Assembly: GCA_965249635.1 (NCBI GenBank)
Contig: OZ252249.1
Span: 1,744,494-1,808,493, forward strand
Length of the DNA: 64,000 nt
Reading direction: 5' to 3'
Origin: Rubrivivax sp.
GTDB lineage: Bacteria > Pseudomonadota > Gammaproteobacteria > Burkholderiales > Burkholderiaceae_C
Of the stretch, positions 54,326 through 64,000 are shown one piece after another. The position numbers and the translations under genes are program-made. Below the pieces are notes generated by a model. It did no database searches and was not told the DNA's origin. It was given only the letters and a program-made list of their open reading frames with translations. The first letter of the stretch is position 1; every line of letters starts with the position of its first letter.

Positions 54326-56641
54326 ATGCCTGATTTGTTTGATCTGCCCCCGTCGGGTGCTGCCGACAACCCCGACGCGGTCGCGCTGGCCGAGTTTGCC
54401 GAGCGCGCTTACCTTGAATACGCGCTCAGCGTGGTCAAAGGCCGTGCTTTGCCCGACGTGTGCGACGGCCAGAAGCCGGTGCAGCGGCGCATCTTGTATT
54501 CGATGCAGCGCATGGGCTTGGGCTACGGCAACTCGGGCGCGCCCAAACCCGTCAAAAGCGCACGCGTGGTGGGCGATGTTTTAGGTCGGTACCACCCGCA
54601 CGGCGATACGGCAGCCTATGACGCGCTGGTGCGAATGGCGCAAGACTTTTCGCAGCGCTACCCGCTGATTGACGGCCAAGGCAACTTCGGTAGCCGCGAC
54701 GGTGATGGCGCGGCCGCCATGCGCTACACCGAAGCCCGTTTGGCACCCATTGCGCGGCTGCTTCTGGACGAAATCGACGAAGGCACGGTCGACTTTCAGC
54801 CCAACTATGACGGCAGCACCGAAGAGCCGCGCCAGTTGCCGGGCCGCCTGCCCTTTGTGCTGCTGAACGGTGCCAGCGGCATTGCAGTGGGCTTGGCCAC
54901 GGAAATCCCCAGCCACAACCTGCGCGAAGTGGCGGCTGCGGCGGTGGCCTTGATCCGCAACGACAAACTGCCTGACGACGAACTTCATGCGCTGCTGCCA
55001 GCGCCGGACTACCCGGGCGGCGGCCAGATCATCAGCTCCACCACCGACATTCGTGCGGCCTACGCCAGCGGGCGCGGCAGCTTGAAAGTGCGCGCGCGCT
55101 GGAAGATTGAAGACCTGGCGCGTGGACAGTGGCAATTGGTGGTGACGGAGCTGCCACCCGGCACCAGCTCGCAAAAGGTGCTGGAAGAAATTGAGGAGTT
55201 GTCCAACCCGAAGGTCAAGGCGGGAAAAAAGGCTTTGTCCACCGAGCAGGTCCAACTCAAAACCACCTTGCTGGCGGTACTCGACGCGGTGCGCGATGAA
55301 TCAGGCAAAGAGGCGGCCGTGCGTTTGGTCTTTGAGCCACGCAGCCGCAGCGTTGAGCAACAGGAATTGATCAACGTGCTGCTGGCGCAGACCAGCCTGG
55401 AAACCAGCGCACCTATCAACTTGACCATGGTGGGCCTGGACGGCCGGCCGGTGCAAAAAAGTCTGCGCCAGATGCTGCTCGAATGGGCCAGCTTCCGCCA
55501 GACGACGGTGCAGCGCCGCACACAGCACCGGCTGGAGCGGGTGCTGGACCGCGTCCATGTGCTGGAAGGCCGGCAGCTGGTGCTGCTGAACATCGATGAA
55601 GTGATTCGCATCATTCGCGAGTCCGACGAACCCAAGCCGGCGTTGATGGCGCGCTTCAAACTCAGCGACCGGCAAGCCGAGGATATTCTTGAAATTCGCT
55701 TGCGCCAGCTCGCGCGGCTGGAAGCCATCAAGATCGAGCAAGAGCTGTCTTCGTTGCGTGAAGAACAGAAGAAGCTCGATGAAATTTTGGGTAACCCGGC
55801 GTCACTCAAGCGCGCGGTGATCCGTGAAATTGAAGCCGATGCCAAGGCCCACGGCGATGACCGCCGCACGCTGATTCAAGAGGAACGGCGCGCCATTTCA
55901 GAGGTGAAGGTCATTGATGAGCCGGTGACGGTGGTGGTCAGCATGAAGGGCTGGGTGAGGGCGCTCAAAGGGCACGAAACCGAAGCGGCCAGCCTGCAGT
56001 TCAAACCCGGTGATGCGCTCTACGGCCTGTTTGCCTGCCGCACGGTGGATACGCTGGCTGTGCTGGGCAGCAACGGCCGCGCCTACAGCGTGGCGGTGGC
56101 CGGGCTGCCTGGCGGGCGCGGTGACGGCGCTCCCATCACCACGTTGATTGATCTTGAAGCCGGCTCGCAGCCTGCGCACTATGTTGCTGGACCGAGCGAC
56201 GCGATGCTGCTGCTGGCGCACACCGGTGGCACGGGTTTGTTGGCCAAGCTGGGCGACCTGCTGGGCCGCAACAAGGGCGGCAAGGCCTTCCTCAGCCTGG
56301 AGGCGGGTGAACAGGTTTTGCCGCCGGCAGTGGTTCGCGCCGGTGATACGCAGGTGGCATGTTTGGCCATGGACGGCAGGCTGCTGTGTTTTGTGCTTGA
56401 CGAACTCAAACACCAGCCCAAAGGGGGCCGTGGCTTGACCCTGATGGATGTTGATACCAAGGCGCCGTTGGTGTCGGTGGCCGTGTGCCGTGAGGGCTTG
56501 ACCGTGCGCGGCCAGGGCCGCGGCGGCAAGCCTAAAGAAGAGTTTTTGCGTGCCAATGCCTTGGCCACGTATGCGGGCAAACGCGCCCGTAAGGGTCACA
56601 AGATCGACGGCTTTGTCAGGCCGATGCAACTGATTGCTTGA
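54326..56641 (+). CDS. parC: DNA topoisomerase IV subunit A
   Basis: [42 protein letters not shown] (catalytic Tyr). 771 aa. Confidence 0.95.
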   Translation: MPDLFDLPPSGAADNPDAVALAEFAERAYLEYALSVVKGRALPDVCDGQKPVQRRILYSMQRMGLGYGNSGAPKPVKSARVVGDVLGRYHPHGDTAAYDALVRMAQDFSQRYPLIDGQGNFGSRDGDGAAAMRYTEARLAPIARLLLDEIDEGTVDFQPNYDGSTEEPRQLPGRLPFVLLNGASGIAVGLATEIPSHNLREVAAAAVALIRNDKLPDDELHALLPAPDYPGGGQIISSTTDIRAAYASGRGSLKVRARWKIEDLARGQWQLVVTELPPGTSSQKVLEEIEELSNPKVKAGKKALSTEQVQLKTTLLAVLDAVRDESGKEAAVRLVFEPRSRSVEQQELINVLLAQTSLETSAPINLTMVGLDGRPVQKSLRQMLLEWASFRQTTVQRRTQHRLERVLDRVHVLEGRQLVLLNIDEVIRIIRESDEPKPALMARFKLSDRQAEDILEIRLRQLARLEAIKIEQELSSLREEQKKLDEILGNPASLKRAVIREIEADAKAHGDDRRTLIQEERRAISEVKVIDEPVTVVVSMKGWVRALKGHETEAASLQFKPGDALYGLFACRTVDTLAVLGSNGRAYSVAVAGLPGGRGDGAPITTLIDLEAGSQPAHYVAGPSDAMLLLAHTGGTGLLAKLGDLLGRNKGGKAFLSLEAGEQVLPPAVVRAGDTQVACLAMDGRLLCFVLDELKHQPKGGRGLTLMDVDTKAPLVSVAVCREGLTVRGQGRGGKPKEEFLRANALATYAGKRARKGHKIDGFVRPMQLIA

Positions 56642-56755
56642 CTGATTTAGTTTTGAATTGCTGCGGTGCAGCAATTCGATTACATTGCGCAGCGTGCGAG
56701 GTACTGCTGCGCAACGCAGGCGTGCCACCGTCAGGTTCATCAACGGAGGATCACC

Positions 56756-58249
56756 ATGTCAATCAATCCCTTTTCAGCCCTGATTCCTGGCGCAGCGTCG
56801 TTCAAAGACGCGCTGGCCGCCTTGCCTTCTTTGCCCGGTTTGCCGGCCATGCCTGGCTTGCCAAGCTTGCCTAACTTGGCGTTTGCCTGGCCCGAAATGC
56901 CCGTCCCCACACAGGAAGCTTTGGCTGCACGTGCCAGCGCGACTGACTTGCCTGTATTGAAGGCGCGTGAAGTTACCTTTGGCGGTAAAGACCGCGCGGT
57001 GCGTGCCTGGGCTTTGAGCCAGACCGGCGCTACGCTGGTTGCTGGCCGCCAAGCCGTGGTCTTTGTCGAAACCTCAACGCCGACCACGGCCGCCGCTGCG
57101 CACGCGCAGTGGCTCGGCTGGCAGCGGCAGACGGTTGCGAATGGCCACCCCACCTACTGTGTCGTGGTGCCCCGCCTGGGCTCGGACGCGGCTGATTCCG
57201 AACAGGGCTGCGAAGCCCTCAATGCCTGCCTGAAAGACGCCCGCGCCGCGCAAGCAGCCGTGGTGCTGAGGTTTGATGCGGCTTCAACCATGGTGCCCTG
57301 CCTGGCCAGCGCGCCGCAGCGTGTTGCTGAATTGGTGCTGGGCCCCTTGCCGCTGTGGCCGTTGCCCACCGTGCAGGCGGGTGTTCACCCGTTGAGCACC
57401 TTGCATTCGATGTTTGGTTGGATGGACAACGGCAGCTTCAATGCCCTGACCAAGGCCGCGTGGCAAGTGATGGACCACCCCTTGGCCGCCACAGCCGCGC
57501 CGGCGCTGGTTCAGGCTGCGGTATGGCAAGACCAACTGGCCCGTGCGGCACTGCCGGGTGAGACTTCGGCGCAAGCCCTGGCCGCGGCCCTGGGCCCGTG
57601 GTTGGTTTCGGGTGTAGCCGGCGTGCTGGCTGACGACTGGGCGCTGCGCCGGGTCGCCGCTTCGGCCAAAGCCGAGTGGCCTGTGCGCGCCGTGTTCTCT
57701 GCTGAAGAGTCCGAAGCCACCCGCGCTTGGGCACAAGACTACGTGCGTGACCTGTTCGGTGCTTGGGGCGCCGCCAGCCAAGTGGTGATGGGCGCCGGCG
57801 TGGGCTTGCCACTGTCCAAGCGTGCTGCGCCGGTACAGCCTGTGGTCGCCAAGCCGGCCGCCAAGCGGGCTGAGAAAGTCGAAGTGAAGCCCGCAGCGAA
57901 GCCTGCAGTGAAGCCTGCAGCCAGGGCGGCAGCGAAGCCCGTTGCCGACCGTCGCCCGGTGGCAGCGCCGACCAAGCCGCGCGTGGTGGCCAAGCCTGAC
58001 GACTTAGAGGTCATTGAAGGCATCGGCCCGCAAATCGCCAAGCTGTTGAACCAAGATGGCATCACGACCTTCGAAGGTCTGTCGCGTGCGACCCTCGCAC
58101 GTTTGAAAAAGGTGCTGACGGCCGCAGGCCCGCGCTTTGCGATGGCCAACCCCGGCACATGGGCGCAGCAGGCAGGGTTGCTGGCGCGTGGCGACAAAGC
58201 CGCGTTTGAAGCTTTGACGAAGCGCCTGCGCGCGGGTGTCGCGGTTTGA
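56756..58249 (+). CDS. Hypothetical protein with Lys/Pro/Ala repeat linker and C-terminal H3TH/HhH (COG3743-like) domain
   Basis: GGAGGA SD plus ATG 56756. About 370-aa N-terminal region without motifs I recognise, (KPAA/KPAV)n linker, and C-terminal DDLEVIEGIGPQIAKLLNQDGITTFEGLS. Confidence 0.7.
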   Translation: MSINPFSALIPGAASFKDALAALPSLPGLPAMPGLPSLPNLAFAWPEMPVPTQEALAARASATDLPVLKAREVTFGGKDRAVRAWALSQTGATLVAGRQAVVFVETSTPTTAAAAHAQWLGWQRQTVANGHPTYCVVVPRLGSDAADSEQGCEALNACLKDARAAQAAVVLRFDAASTMVPCLASAPQRVAELVLGPLPLWPLPTVQAGVHPLSTLHSMFGWMDNGSFNALTKAAWQVMDHPLAATAAPALVQAAVWQDQLARAALPGETSAQALAAALGPWLVSGVAGVLADDWALRRVAASAKAEWPVRAVFSAEESEATRAWAQDYVRDLFGAWGAASQVVMGAGVGLPLSKRAAPVQPVVAKPAAKRAEKVEVKPAAKPAVKPAARAAAKPVADRRPVAAPTKPRVVAKPDDLEVIEGIGPQIAKLLNQDGITTFEGLSRATLARLKKVLTAAGPRFAMANPGTWAQQAGLLARGDKAAFEALTKRLRAGVAV

Positions 58250-58278
58250 TGCGCGCGGTTTGATGCGTTGAGTGCCTC

Positions 58279-58308
58279 GGTTTTGCACGGGCAAACCCGT
58301 GTAAAACC
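58279..58308. terminator. Hairpin terminator between convergent genes
   Basis: GGTTTTGCACGGG-CAAA-CCCGTGTAAAACC: 13-bp stem with one G-U pair, flanked by T/A-rich arms. Confidence 0.6.
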
Positions 58309-58323
58309 GGCTGGGCGGTGTGA

Positions 58324-59553
58324 TCAGCCGCCCAGCTTGACGCCGGTGCGCCCGGTGAGTTGCCGCGTGATGGCGGCCTTAACGACCAAATTCAGCGGCG
58401 GCAAGTTTTCCGATACCGCCAGCAGCGCGCGGCGTGCCAGCTTGGCTGGACCCTGCTCAGCGGTAAACAGCTTGACGATGGCATTGGTGCCCAGGTAGGT
58501 GGGCAAGGTGCTGCGCCGGTGCTCGTCCCCGTAGGCTGCCAGAACGTCGGCGCGGCCGATATCTCGCCCGGCCGCACGCGCCGCCTCCAGTGCTTTGCTC
58601 AATATTTCCACGCCGTACAGACCGAAGTTGTAGCCGTGCGCCGTAACCGGGTGCATGCCCACAGCGGCGTCACCCACCAAGGCAAAACGCGGCGCGGTGA
58701 AGCGGTGCGCGTAAACGCCCACCAAGGGGTAGTGGTGCCGTTTGCCAGCGGACTGCAGGCGCCCCAATGATTCGGGTGCCTGTTGCTGAACGCGAGCAAC
58801 AAACTCGTCGTCGGACAGGGCCAGCCATTCAGGCGCGCGGTTGCTGTCCACCGTGATCACAGCCGAGCACTGCCGGCTGTTCAGTGGCAGTAGCGCCAAG
58901 GTGTTTCCATAGCGAAAACACTCCCAAGCGATGCCGCCCGATTCGGCCTCGTGGGTCACTCGGCCCACCACCACGCTGCGCGCAAAGTCGTGCACCGAGG
59001 CGCCGATGCCTGCCATGCGCCGCACATTGGAAAAACGGCTGTCGGCGGCCACTACCAGCGGCGCGCTGAAGCGGCGTCCATCGGCAAGCGTAACCGTGCC
59101 GCAATCGGCTTCGAACGCCAACGCGGTAACCGGCGCACTGAATTCCACCTTCACGGCGGGCTGTTCGCAGGCTGCGCGCCAAGCCGCCTGGCGGATCAAG
59201 TGGTTGGGCACCAACCAGCCCAGCGCTTCCAGGCCCGTACCGGTGGCAGTGAAGTGCAGCGAGGACGCCTTGGCATCACCGTCCACCACGCGCGCTTCGC
59301 GCAGGGGCGCCACCTCGTCGGCCGCGATATGGGCCCACAAGCCCAGCCGCTCCATGATGCGGCGACCGCGGTGGGTGAGCGCAATTTCGCGGCCATCTTC
59401 AGCCGGGTTCTCGATGGATGCCAGAGGCGCCTGCTCGAGCACTTGGCAGCTCAGCCCCTTATCGCCCAAGCTCTTGGCCAAAGCCAGCCCTGCCGGGCCA
59501 GCGCCCACGATGACGGTGTCGCTGCGTAGAGCGGTGTCGGTGTATTTTGACAT
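58324..59553 (-). CDS. UbiH/UbiF/VisC/COQ6-family FAD-dependent monooxygenase
   Basis: DTVIVGAGPAGLALAKSLGDKGLSCQVLE (Rossmann), GDAAVGMHPVTAHGYNFG (FAD motif). Start ATG 59553 (MSKYTD..). Confidence 0.85.
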   Translation of the reverse strand: MSKYTDTALRSDTVIVGAGPAGLALAKSLGDKGLSCQVLEQAPLASIENPAEDGREIALTHRGRRIMERLGLWAHIAADEVAPLREARVVDGDAKASSLHFTATGTGLEALGWLVPNHLIRQAAWRAACEQPAVKVEFSAPVTALAFEADCGTVTLADGRRFSAPLVVAADSRFSNVRRMAGIGASVHDFARSVVVGRVTHEAESGGIAWECFRYGNTLALLPLNSRQCSAVITVDSNRAPEWLALSDDEFVARVQQQAPESLGRLQSAGKRHHYPLVGVYAHRFTAPRFALVGDAAVGMHPVTAHGYNFGLYGVEILSKALEAARAAGRDIGRADVLAAYGDEHRRSTLPTYLGTNAIVKLFTAEQGPAKLARRALLAVSENLPPLNLVVKAAITRQLTGRTGVKLGG

Positions 59554-59590
59554 GGCAGGATCATAGGCTCCTGCCAGCGTCACTGCTCGG

Positions 59591-60082
59591 TCAAGGCCGT
59601 CGCTTGCTCAAGCCCACCAGCAAGGCCACGGCCAGCAGGACGGCGAATGAGGCCAGGCTCCAGAATTCATAGGGCACACCCCACAAAGTACCGGCGGCAT
59701 CGGCGCACGAGGCACGTGCCGCAAATACTTCGGGCGCCAGGCCATCCAATCCCGAGCCCGAAACGATGCGGTCAGCCAAGGTCAAGTTGCAAGACTGTGA
59801 ACGGCTGGCGACAAAGTGCTGCCACAAGGCCGCAGCCATGCCACAGACCGCTAAGAGGCCAACGCCAGCAGCCGAGGCGAGTGAACCCGCGCGGCTGCGC
59901 CACACCAGACCCAACAATGCCACGAGGGCAACGCACATCATGATCATGCGCTGCAAGATGCACCAGGGGCAGGGCTGCATATCCAGCACATGCTGCGTGA
60001 ACAGCGCCAAGCCTGTGCCTATGACACACAAGCCAATCGCCAGCGTAAAAAGCCGGGAGGGATTGCTGAAAAACGGGCTCAT
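59591..60082 (-). CDS. dsbB: Disulfide bond formation protein B
   Basis: 163 aa, 4 TM helices, CPWC pair in the first periplasmic loop (LDMQPCPWCILQR) and a second Cys pair. Confidence 0.85.
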   Translation of the reverse strand: MSPFFSNPSRLFTLAIGLCVIGTGLALFTQHVLDMQPCPWCILQRMIMMCVALVALLGLVWRSRAGSLASAAGVGLLAVCGMAAALWQHFVASRSQSCNLTLADRIVSGSGLDGLAPEVFAARASCADAAGTLWGVPYEFWSLASFAVLLAVALLVGLSKRRP

Positions 60083-60537
60083 TCAGTCTCGGCAATCAGT
60101 TCAATCTCTACGCATGAGCCGAGCGGTAGCTGTGCAACACCAAAAGCGCTTCGGGCGTGCGAGCCTATTTCGGGCCCGAATACGCGGCCCAGCAATTCCG
60201 AACAGCCGTTGGTCACCAAGTGCTGCTCGGTGTAGGTGGGTGTGCTGTTCACCAGGCTCATCACCTTGACGATGCGGCGCACTTTGGCCAGGTCGCCCAC
60301 GGCGGCCTGCAGGGTGCCCATGAGGTCAATGGCCACGGCTTCGGCCGCTGCCTTGCCTTCTTCGGTACCCATGTCCAGGCCCAGTTGCCCGACCCACGGT
60401 TTGCCGTCGCGTTTGGCGATGTGGCCGGATAAAAAGACCAACGAGCCGCTGCGCGCAAAGGGTACGTAAGCTGCAGCCGGAATGGCCACAGGAGGCAAGC
60501 TGATACCCAGCTCGGCCAGGCGTTTTTTGATGCTCAT
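60079..60537 (-). CDS. RidA/YjgF-family protein
   Basis: MSIKKRLAELGISLPP..LVFLSGHIA..VMSLVNSTP..ARSAFGVAQLPLGSCVEIELIA. Its stop overlaps the dsbB start (ATGA). Confidence 0.85.
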   Translation of the reverse strand: MSIKKRLAELGISLPPVAIPAAAYVPFARSGSLVFLSGHIAKRDGKPWVGQLGLDMGTEEGKAAAEAVAIDLMGTLQAAVGDLAKVRRIVKVMSLVNSTPTYTEQHLVTNGCSELLGRVFGPEIGSHARSAFGVAQLPLGSCVEIELIAETE

Positions 60538-60649
60538 GGGGTGCCCTGAAAACGTGTTGGAGGGAGCAGGCCATCCGTGGCCAACGACCCCCTTCGTGAG
60601 CCTGCCCCTGGGGGGCAAGACGTGCTAGCAAGAATCCTACACTGGAGCC

Positions 60650-63169
60650 ATGCCTTTGATGTCGCGCGGCCCCTGGAGCCTGGTGCTGGCGCTCATGGCG
60701 GTGCCTTTGGGCGCGGCCGTTCAGTTGCAGCAGGCCGAAGTGGCTGGCCCGGTGGCAGGTGCAGTGATGGTCTTGATCGCTGTGATGGCCTTGCTGTGCT
60801 CGGGCTTGATACATAAGTTTGGCTCTTCGCCCCTTGCGGGCGGGCATCAAGGGGCTCGCCAGTTGAGCATCGCGCTGGCCACCCTGGCTGTGGCCGGCCT
60901 GGCCTTCTCGTTCACCGATTGGCGCGCCCAAAGCCGGCTTGCCGACGCGCTGGCGCCCACGCTGGAAGGCCAAGATATTGAGCTGGTGGGCGTGGTGGTG
61001 GGCCTGCCGCACGTAGGGCCGCAGGGCACCCAGTTCGAGCTGAGCGTTGAATCGGCCCGCCTTCGGGGCCAGACCATCCCGGTGCCGCAGCTCGTCCGCC
61101 TGAGTTGGGTGACCGGTTGGGACGGCGAAAGCCTGCTCGCGTCGCCGCCGGCCAACATCGTGGCGGGTGACCGCTGGCAGGTGCCGGCGCGCCTCAAAAG
61201 GCCGCACGGCGCTTTCAACCCGCATGGCTTTGATCTGGAGCTGTGGATGTTTGAGCGGGGGCTTGGAGCCAGCGGCAGTGTCAGGCCCGGTGCGCAGCGC
61301 TTGGCCGTAACGCAGCAAAACCCCATCGACCGTCTGCGCCAGCGCGCCCGAGATGCCGTCCTGCGCCATGTGGCCGATGCCCAAGCTGCAGGCGTCTTGG
61401 CCGCGCTGGCCGTGGGCGACCAGGCGGCCATCGAACGCGATGACTGGGACCTGTTCCGCAAAACCGGCGTGGCGCACGCTTTAAGCATCAGTGGTTTGCA
61501 CATCACGATGTTTGCCTGGCTGGCGGCTGCTGCCGTTCGGCGGCTGTGGCGCCTTTCCGCGCGAGCCATGCTGGCGCTGCCCGCGCCCGACGCGGCGCGT
61601 TGGGGCGGTTTGGCCTTGGCCGTGTTTTACGCCTTGGTTTCGGGCTGGGGTGTGCCGGCCCAACGAACCGTGTGGATGCTGGCCAGCGTGGCCTTGTTGC
61701 AAGCTTTGGGGCGGCGCTGGCCGTGGCCACTGGTCTGGCTGGTGGCCGGGTGTACGGTGGTGTTGATTGACCCCTGGGCGTTACTACAGCCGGGTTTTTG
61801 GCTCAGTTTTGTAGCGGTGGGTGTGCTCATGGCGTCTGAACCGGCTTCAGGCGTGCCGGCGCCAGTCGAAGGGATGGGGTTTAGGGGGCTCAGGGAACAT
61901 TTGCGAGCGGGTATTCGCACGCAATGGGTGGCTTCGGTGGCTTTGGCGCCCTTGTCTTTGATCTTCTTTCAGCAGGTGTCCGTCATCGGATTGGTGGCCA
62001 ATGTGCTGGCCATTCCGTGGATCACCTTGGTGGTCACGCCTCTGGCCTTGCTGGGCCTGTTGTGGCCGCCGCTGTGGGCGCTGGGGGCATGGAGCGTGCA
62101 GGTTCTGGTGCACCTGCTGGCGCTGCTGGCGTCACTGCCCTGGGTGCAGTGGAGCGCTGCTGCAGCGCCCGCCTGGGCGGCGGCGGCCGGTTTGCTGGGT
62201 GGTCTGCTGTTGGTGCTGCCTTTTCCTTGGCGCCTGCGCTGGCTGGGCTTGCCCTTGATGTTGCCGCTGTTGGTGCCCGCAGGCTCTGCGCCGCGTGAGG
62301 GTGAAGTCGAGCTGGTCGCCGTTGATGTCGGCCAGGGCACGGCCGTGTTGGTGCGCACGCGCCAGCACCTGCTCTTGTATGACGCCGGGCCGAGCTATTC
62401 CCCGCAGTCGGATGCGGGCAGCCGCAGCCTGCTGCCGCTGCTGCGGGCGCGCGGCGAGACGGCCATCGACACGCTGGTGCTCAGCCACCGCGACGCCGAC
62501 CACATTGGCGGCGCGCAGTCTGTATTTGCCGGCACCACGGTGCGCAGCAGCTTGAGCTCTTTGGAACCCGGCCATCCGCTGTTGGCGCGATTGCCGTCTC
62601 ATCGGACCTGCGTGGCGGGCCAGCAGTGGGTTTGGGACGGCGTGCAGTTCGAAGTGCTTCACCCCACGGCCGATGACTTCCAGCGCAAGCTCAAGAGCAA
62701 TGCGCTGAGCTGTGTCATTCGGGTGAGCGATGTGCACGGACCGCGCCTGCTTTTGACGGGCGATATCGAAGCCGAACAAGAGGCCGAGTTGCTGGCGCGC
62801 ACGCCCCCGAGCAGCCTGCGTGCGCCTTTGTTGCTGCTGCCACACCATGGCAGCCGAACTTCGTCAACGTCAGCCTTTTTGCAGGCCGTGCAACCGCACC
62901 ACGCCGTCGCCCAAGTGGCTTACCGCAGCCGATATGGTCACCCGGCGCCTGAGGTTGAAGCGCGTGTTGCGGCGCACGGCGTAGCCTTGTTCCGCAGCGA
63001 CTACTGCGGTGCTTGGTCCTGGCCATCGGCGCCTGCCTCGCTTGCCGGTGCCGTGTTGGGAGCAGGCTTCGGCGCTTCAAACCCTGGAGTTTCAGACCCG
63101 GGTAGCTGCGAGCGCCAACGGCGGCGGCGCTATTGGCACCACCTTGGCCCAGAGATTGCAACGCCATAG
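60650..63169 (+). CDS. comEC: DNA internalization-related competence protein ComEC/Rec2
   Basis: 839 aa. Competence domain (GVAHALSISGLHITMFAW) and a C-terminal metallo-beta-lactamase domain (VAVDVGQGTAVLV..LSHRDADHIGG..LPHHGS). Confidence 0.9.
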   Translation: MPLMSRGPWSLVLALMAVPLGAAVQLQQAEVAGPVAGAVMVLIAVMALLCSGLIHKFGSSPLAGGHQGARQLSIALATLAVAGLAFSFTDWRAQSRLADALAPTLEGQDIELVGVVVGLPHVGPQGTQFELSVESARLRGQTIPVPQLVRLSWVTGWDGESLLASPPANIVAGDRWQVPARLKRPHGAFNPHGFDLELWMFERGLGASGSVRPGAQRLAVTQQNPIDRLRQRARDAVLRHVADAQAAGVLAALAVGDQAAIERDDWDLFRKTGVAHALSISGLHITMFAWLAAAAVRRLWRLSARAMLALPAPDAARWGGLALAVFYALVSGWGVPAQRTVWMLASVALLQALGRRWPWPLVWLVAGCTVVLIDPWALLQPGFWLSFVAVGVLMASEPASGVPAPVEGMGFRGLREHLRAGIRTQWVASVALAPLSLIFFQQVSVIGLVANVLAIPWITLVVTPLALLGLLWPPLWALGAWSVQVLVHLLALLASLPWVQWSAAAAPAWAAAAGLLGGLLLVLPFPWRLRWLGLPLMLPLLVPAGSAPREGEVELVAVDVGQGTAVLVRTRQHLLLYDAGPSYSPQSDAGSRSLLPLLRARGETAIDTLVLSHRDADHIGGAQSVFAGTTVRSSLSSLEPGHPLLARLPSHRTCVAGQQWVWDGVQFEVLHPTADDFQRKLKSNALSCVIRVSDVHGPRLLLTGDIEAEQEAELLARTPPSSLRAPLLLLPHHGSRTSSTSAFLQAVQPHHAVAQVAYRSRYGHPAPEVEARVAAHGVALFRSDYCGAWSWPSAPASLAGAVLGAGFGASNPGVSDPGSCERQRRRRYWHHLGPEIATP

Positions 63170-63240
63170 CCAGCCCTTTCAGGACTGCGTGCCAAATGCC
63201 CGGCCGTGCGCGAAGATGGGGCTTGTCTCAGGAGAGTGCC

Positions 63241-64000
63241 TTGTCCATCCACGTTGCGCTGCACCACGTCACCCGCTACCGCTACGACCGGCGCGTCAGC
63301 CTGTCGCCGCAAGTGGTGCGCCTGCGGCCAGCGCCGCACTGCCGCACCCCCATCGTCAGCTATTCGTTGAAGGTTGAGCCGGCGCAGCACTTCATCAATT
63401 GGCAGCAAGACCCGTTTTCCAACCACCTGGCGCGGCTGGTGTTTCCTGAGAAAACCAGCGAGCTCACCGTGACCGTTGACCTCGTGGCCGAAGCGGCGGT
63501 CTACAACCCGTTTGACTTTTTTTTGGAGCCCGCTGCTGAACAATTTCCATTTGCCTACGAGCCCGAGCTGGCGCATGACCTCGCGCCCTATCTGGCCAAG
63601 GCCGCAGCGACGCCGCGCCTGCAAGTGCTCGTCGACAGTGTTTCGCGTACCCCCCGTCGCATCATCGACTTCTTGGTCGAAGTCAACCAGCGCTTGCAGC
63701 AGGACATCGCCTATCTCATCCGCTTGGAGCCGGGCGTACAAACGCCTGAAGAAACCTTGCTCAAGGGCTGCGGGTCGTGCCGCGACACCGCTTGGCTCTT
63801 GGTGCAACTGCTTCGGCATTTGGGCTTGGCCGCGCGTTTTGTTTCAGGCTATTTGATCCAGCTGGTGCCCGACGTCAAACCGCTCGATGGCCCCAGCGGT
63901 GCCGATCGCGATTTCACCGACCTGCATGCCTGGTGTGAGGTGTATCTGCCCGGCGCCGGCTGGGTTGGACTGGACCCCACCTCGGGCCTGCTGGCGGGCG
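63241..64000 (+). CDS. Transglutaminase-family protein (large DUF2126-type), 5' part, runs off the window
   Basis: Open frame from TTG 63241 (GGAGAG SD) with no stop to the window end: (M)SIHVALHHVTRYRYDRRVSLSPQVVRLRPAPHCRTPI.. and the transglutaminase core GCGSCRDTAWLLVQLLRHLGLAARFVSGY..DLHAWCEVYLPGAGWVGLDP. Absent from the ORF track because it is unterminated. Confidence 0.85.
   Translation, partial: MSIHVALHHVTRYRYDRRVSLSPQVVRLRPAPHCRTPIVSYSLKVEPAQHFINWQQDPFSNHLARLVFPEKTSELTVTVDLVAEAAVYNPFDFFLEPAAEQFPFAYEPELAHDLAPYLAKAAATPRLQVLVDSVSRTPRRIIDFLVEVNQRLQQDIAYLIRLEPGVQTPEETLLKGCGSCRDTAWLLVQLLRHLGLAARFVSGYLIQLVPDVKPLDGPSGADRDFTDLHAWCEVYLPGAGWVGLDPTSGLLAG

Noticed and set aside
63130-63819. 229-aa minus-strand ORF at the right end of the window.
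   Set aside because: The plus strand here carries an unterminated frame with an unmistakable transglutaminase-family sequence (SIHVALHHVTRYRYDR.., GCGSCRD..). The minus ORF is its shadow.

Overview
GC-rich, gene-dense chromosomal segment whose gene order (thrS-infC-rpmI-rplT-pheS-pheT-ihfA-merR-tRNA-Pro; ilvIHC-pssA-leuA; tig-clpP-clpX-lon) fits a betaproteobacterium of the Burkholderiales/Comamonadaceae type. That placement is an inference from gene order and protein sequences, not a search result. I call about 55 protein genes and 4 tRNAs (Pro-GGG, Leu-TAG, Gly-GCC, Cys-GCA), plus several intrinsic terminators and promoters. Almost everything is core housekeeping: translation, branched-chain amino-acid synthesis, proteostasis, Topo IV, squalene synthesis (hpnCDE), pyrophosphatases, an RND efflux pair and ComEC. 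I found no integrase, transposase, CRISPR array, phage or toxin/defence-like genes. No intergenic gap exceeds about 330 bp, so I cannot support a large novel system here. The most notable observations follow. (1) A membrane H+-pyrophosphatase is fused to a C-terminal OmpA-like cell-wall-binding module, divergent from soluble ppa. (2) Intrinsic terminators abut the ribosome-binding sites of thrS, pheS and leuA, each with a small uORF; the leuA one is a clear Leu-run leader peptide. (3) Essential pheT and an RND adaptor each carry a single-base frame disruption at a G run. (4) A five-gene overlapping ECF-sigma operon consists of proteins of unknown function. (5) An orphan ExeA/GspB pair and an unknown H3TH-tailed protein bracket parC. 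(6) An IclR regulator is translationally coupled to hpnCDE. All family assignments rest on motif recognition by eye and need HMM/BLAST confirmation.
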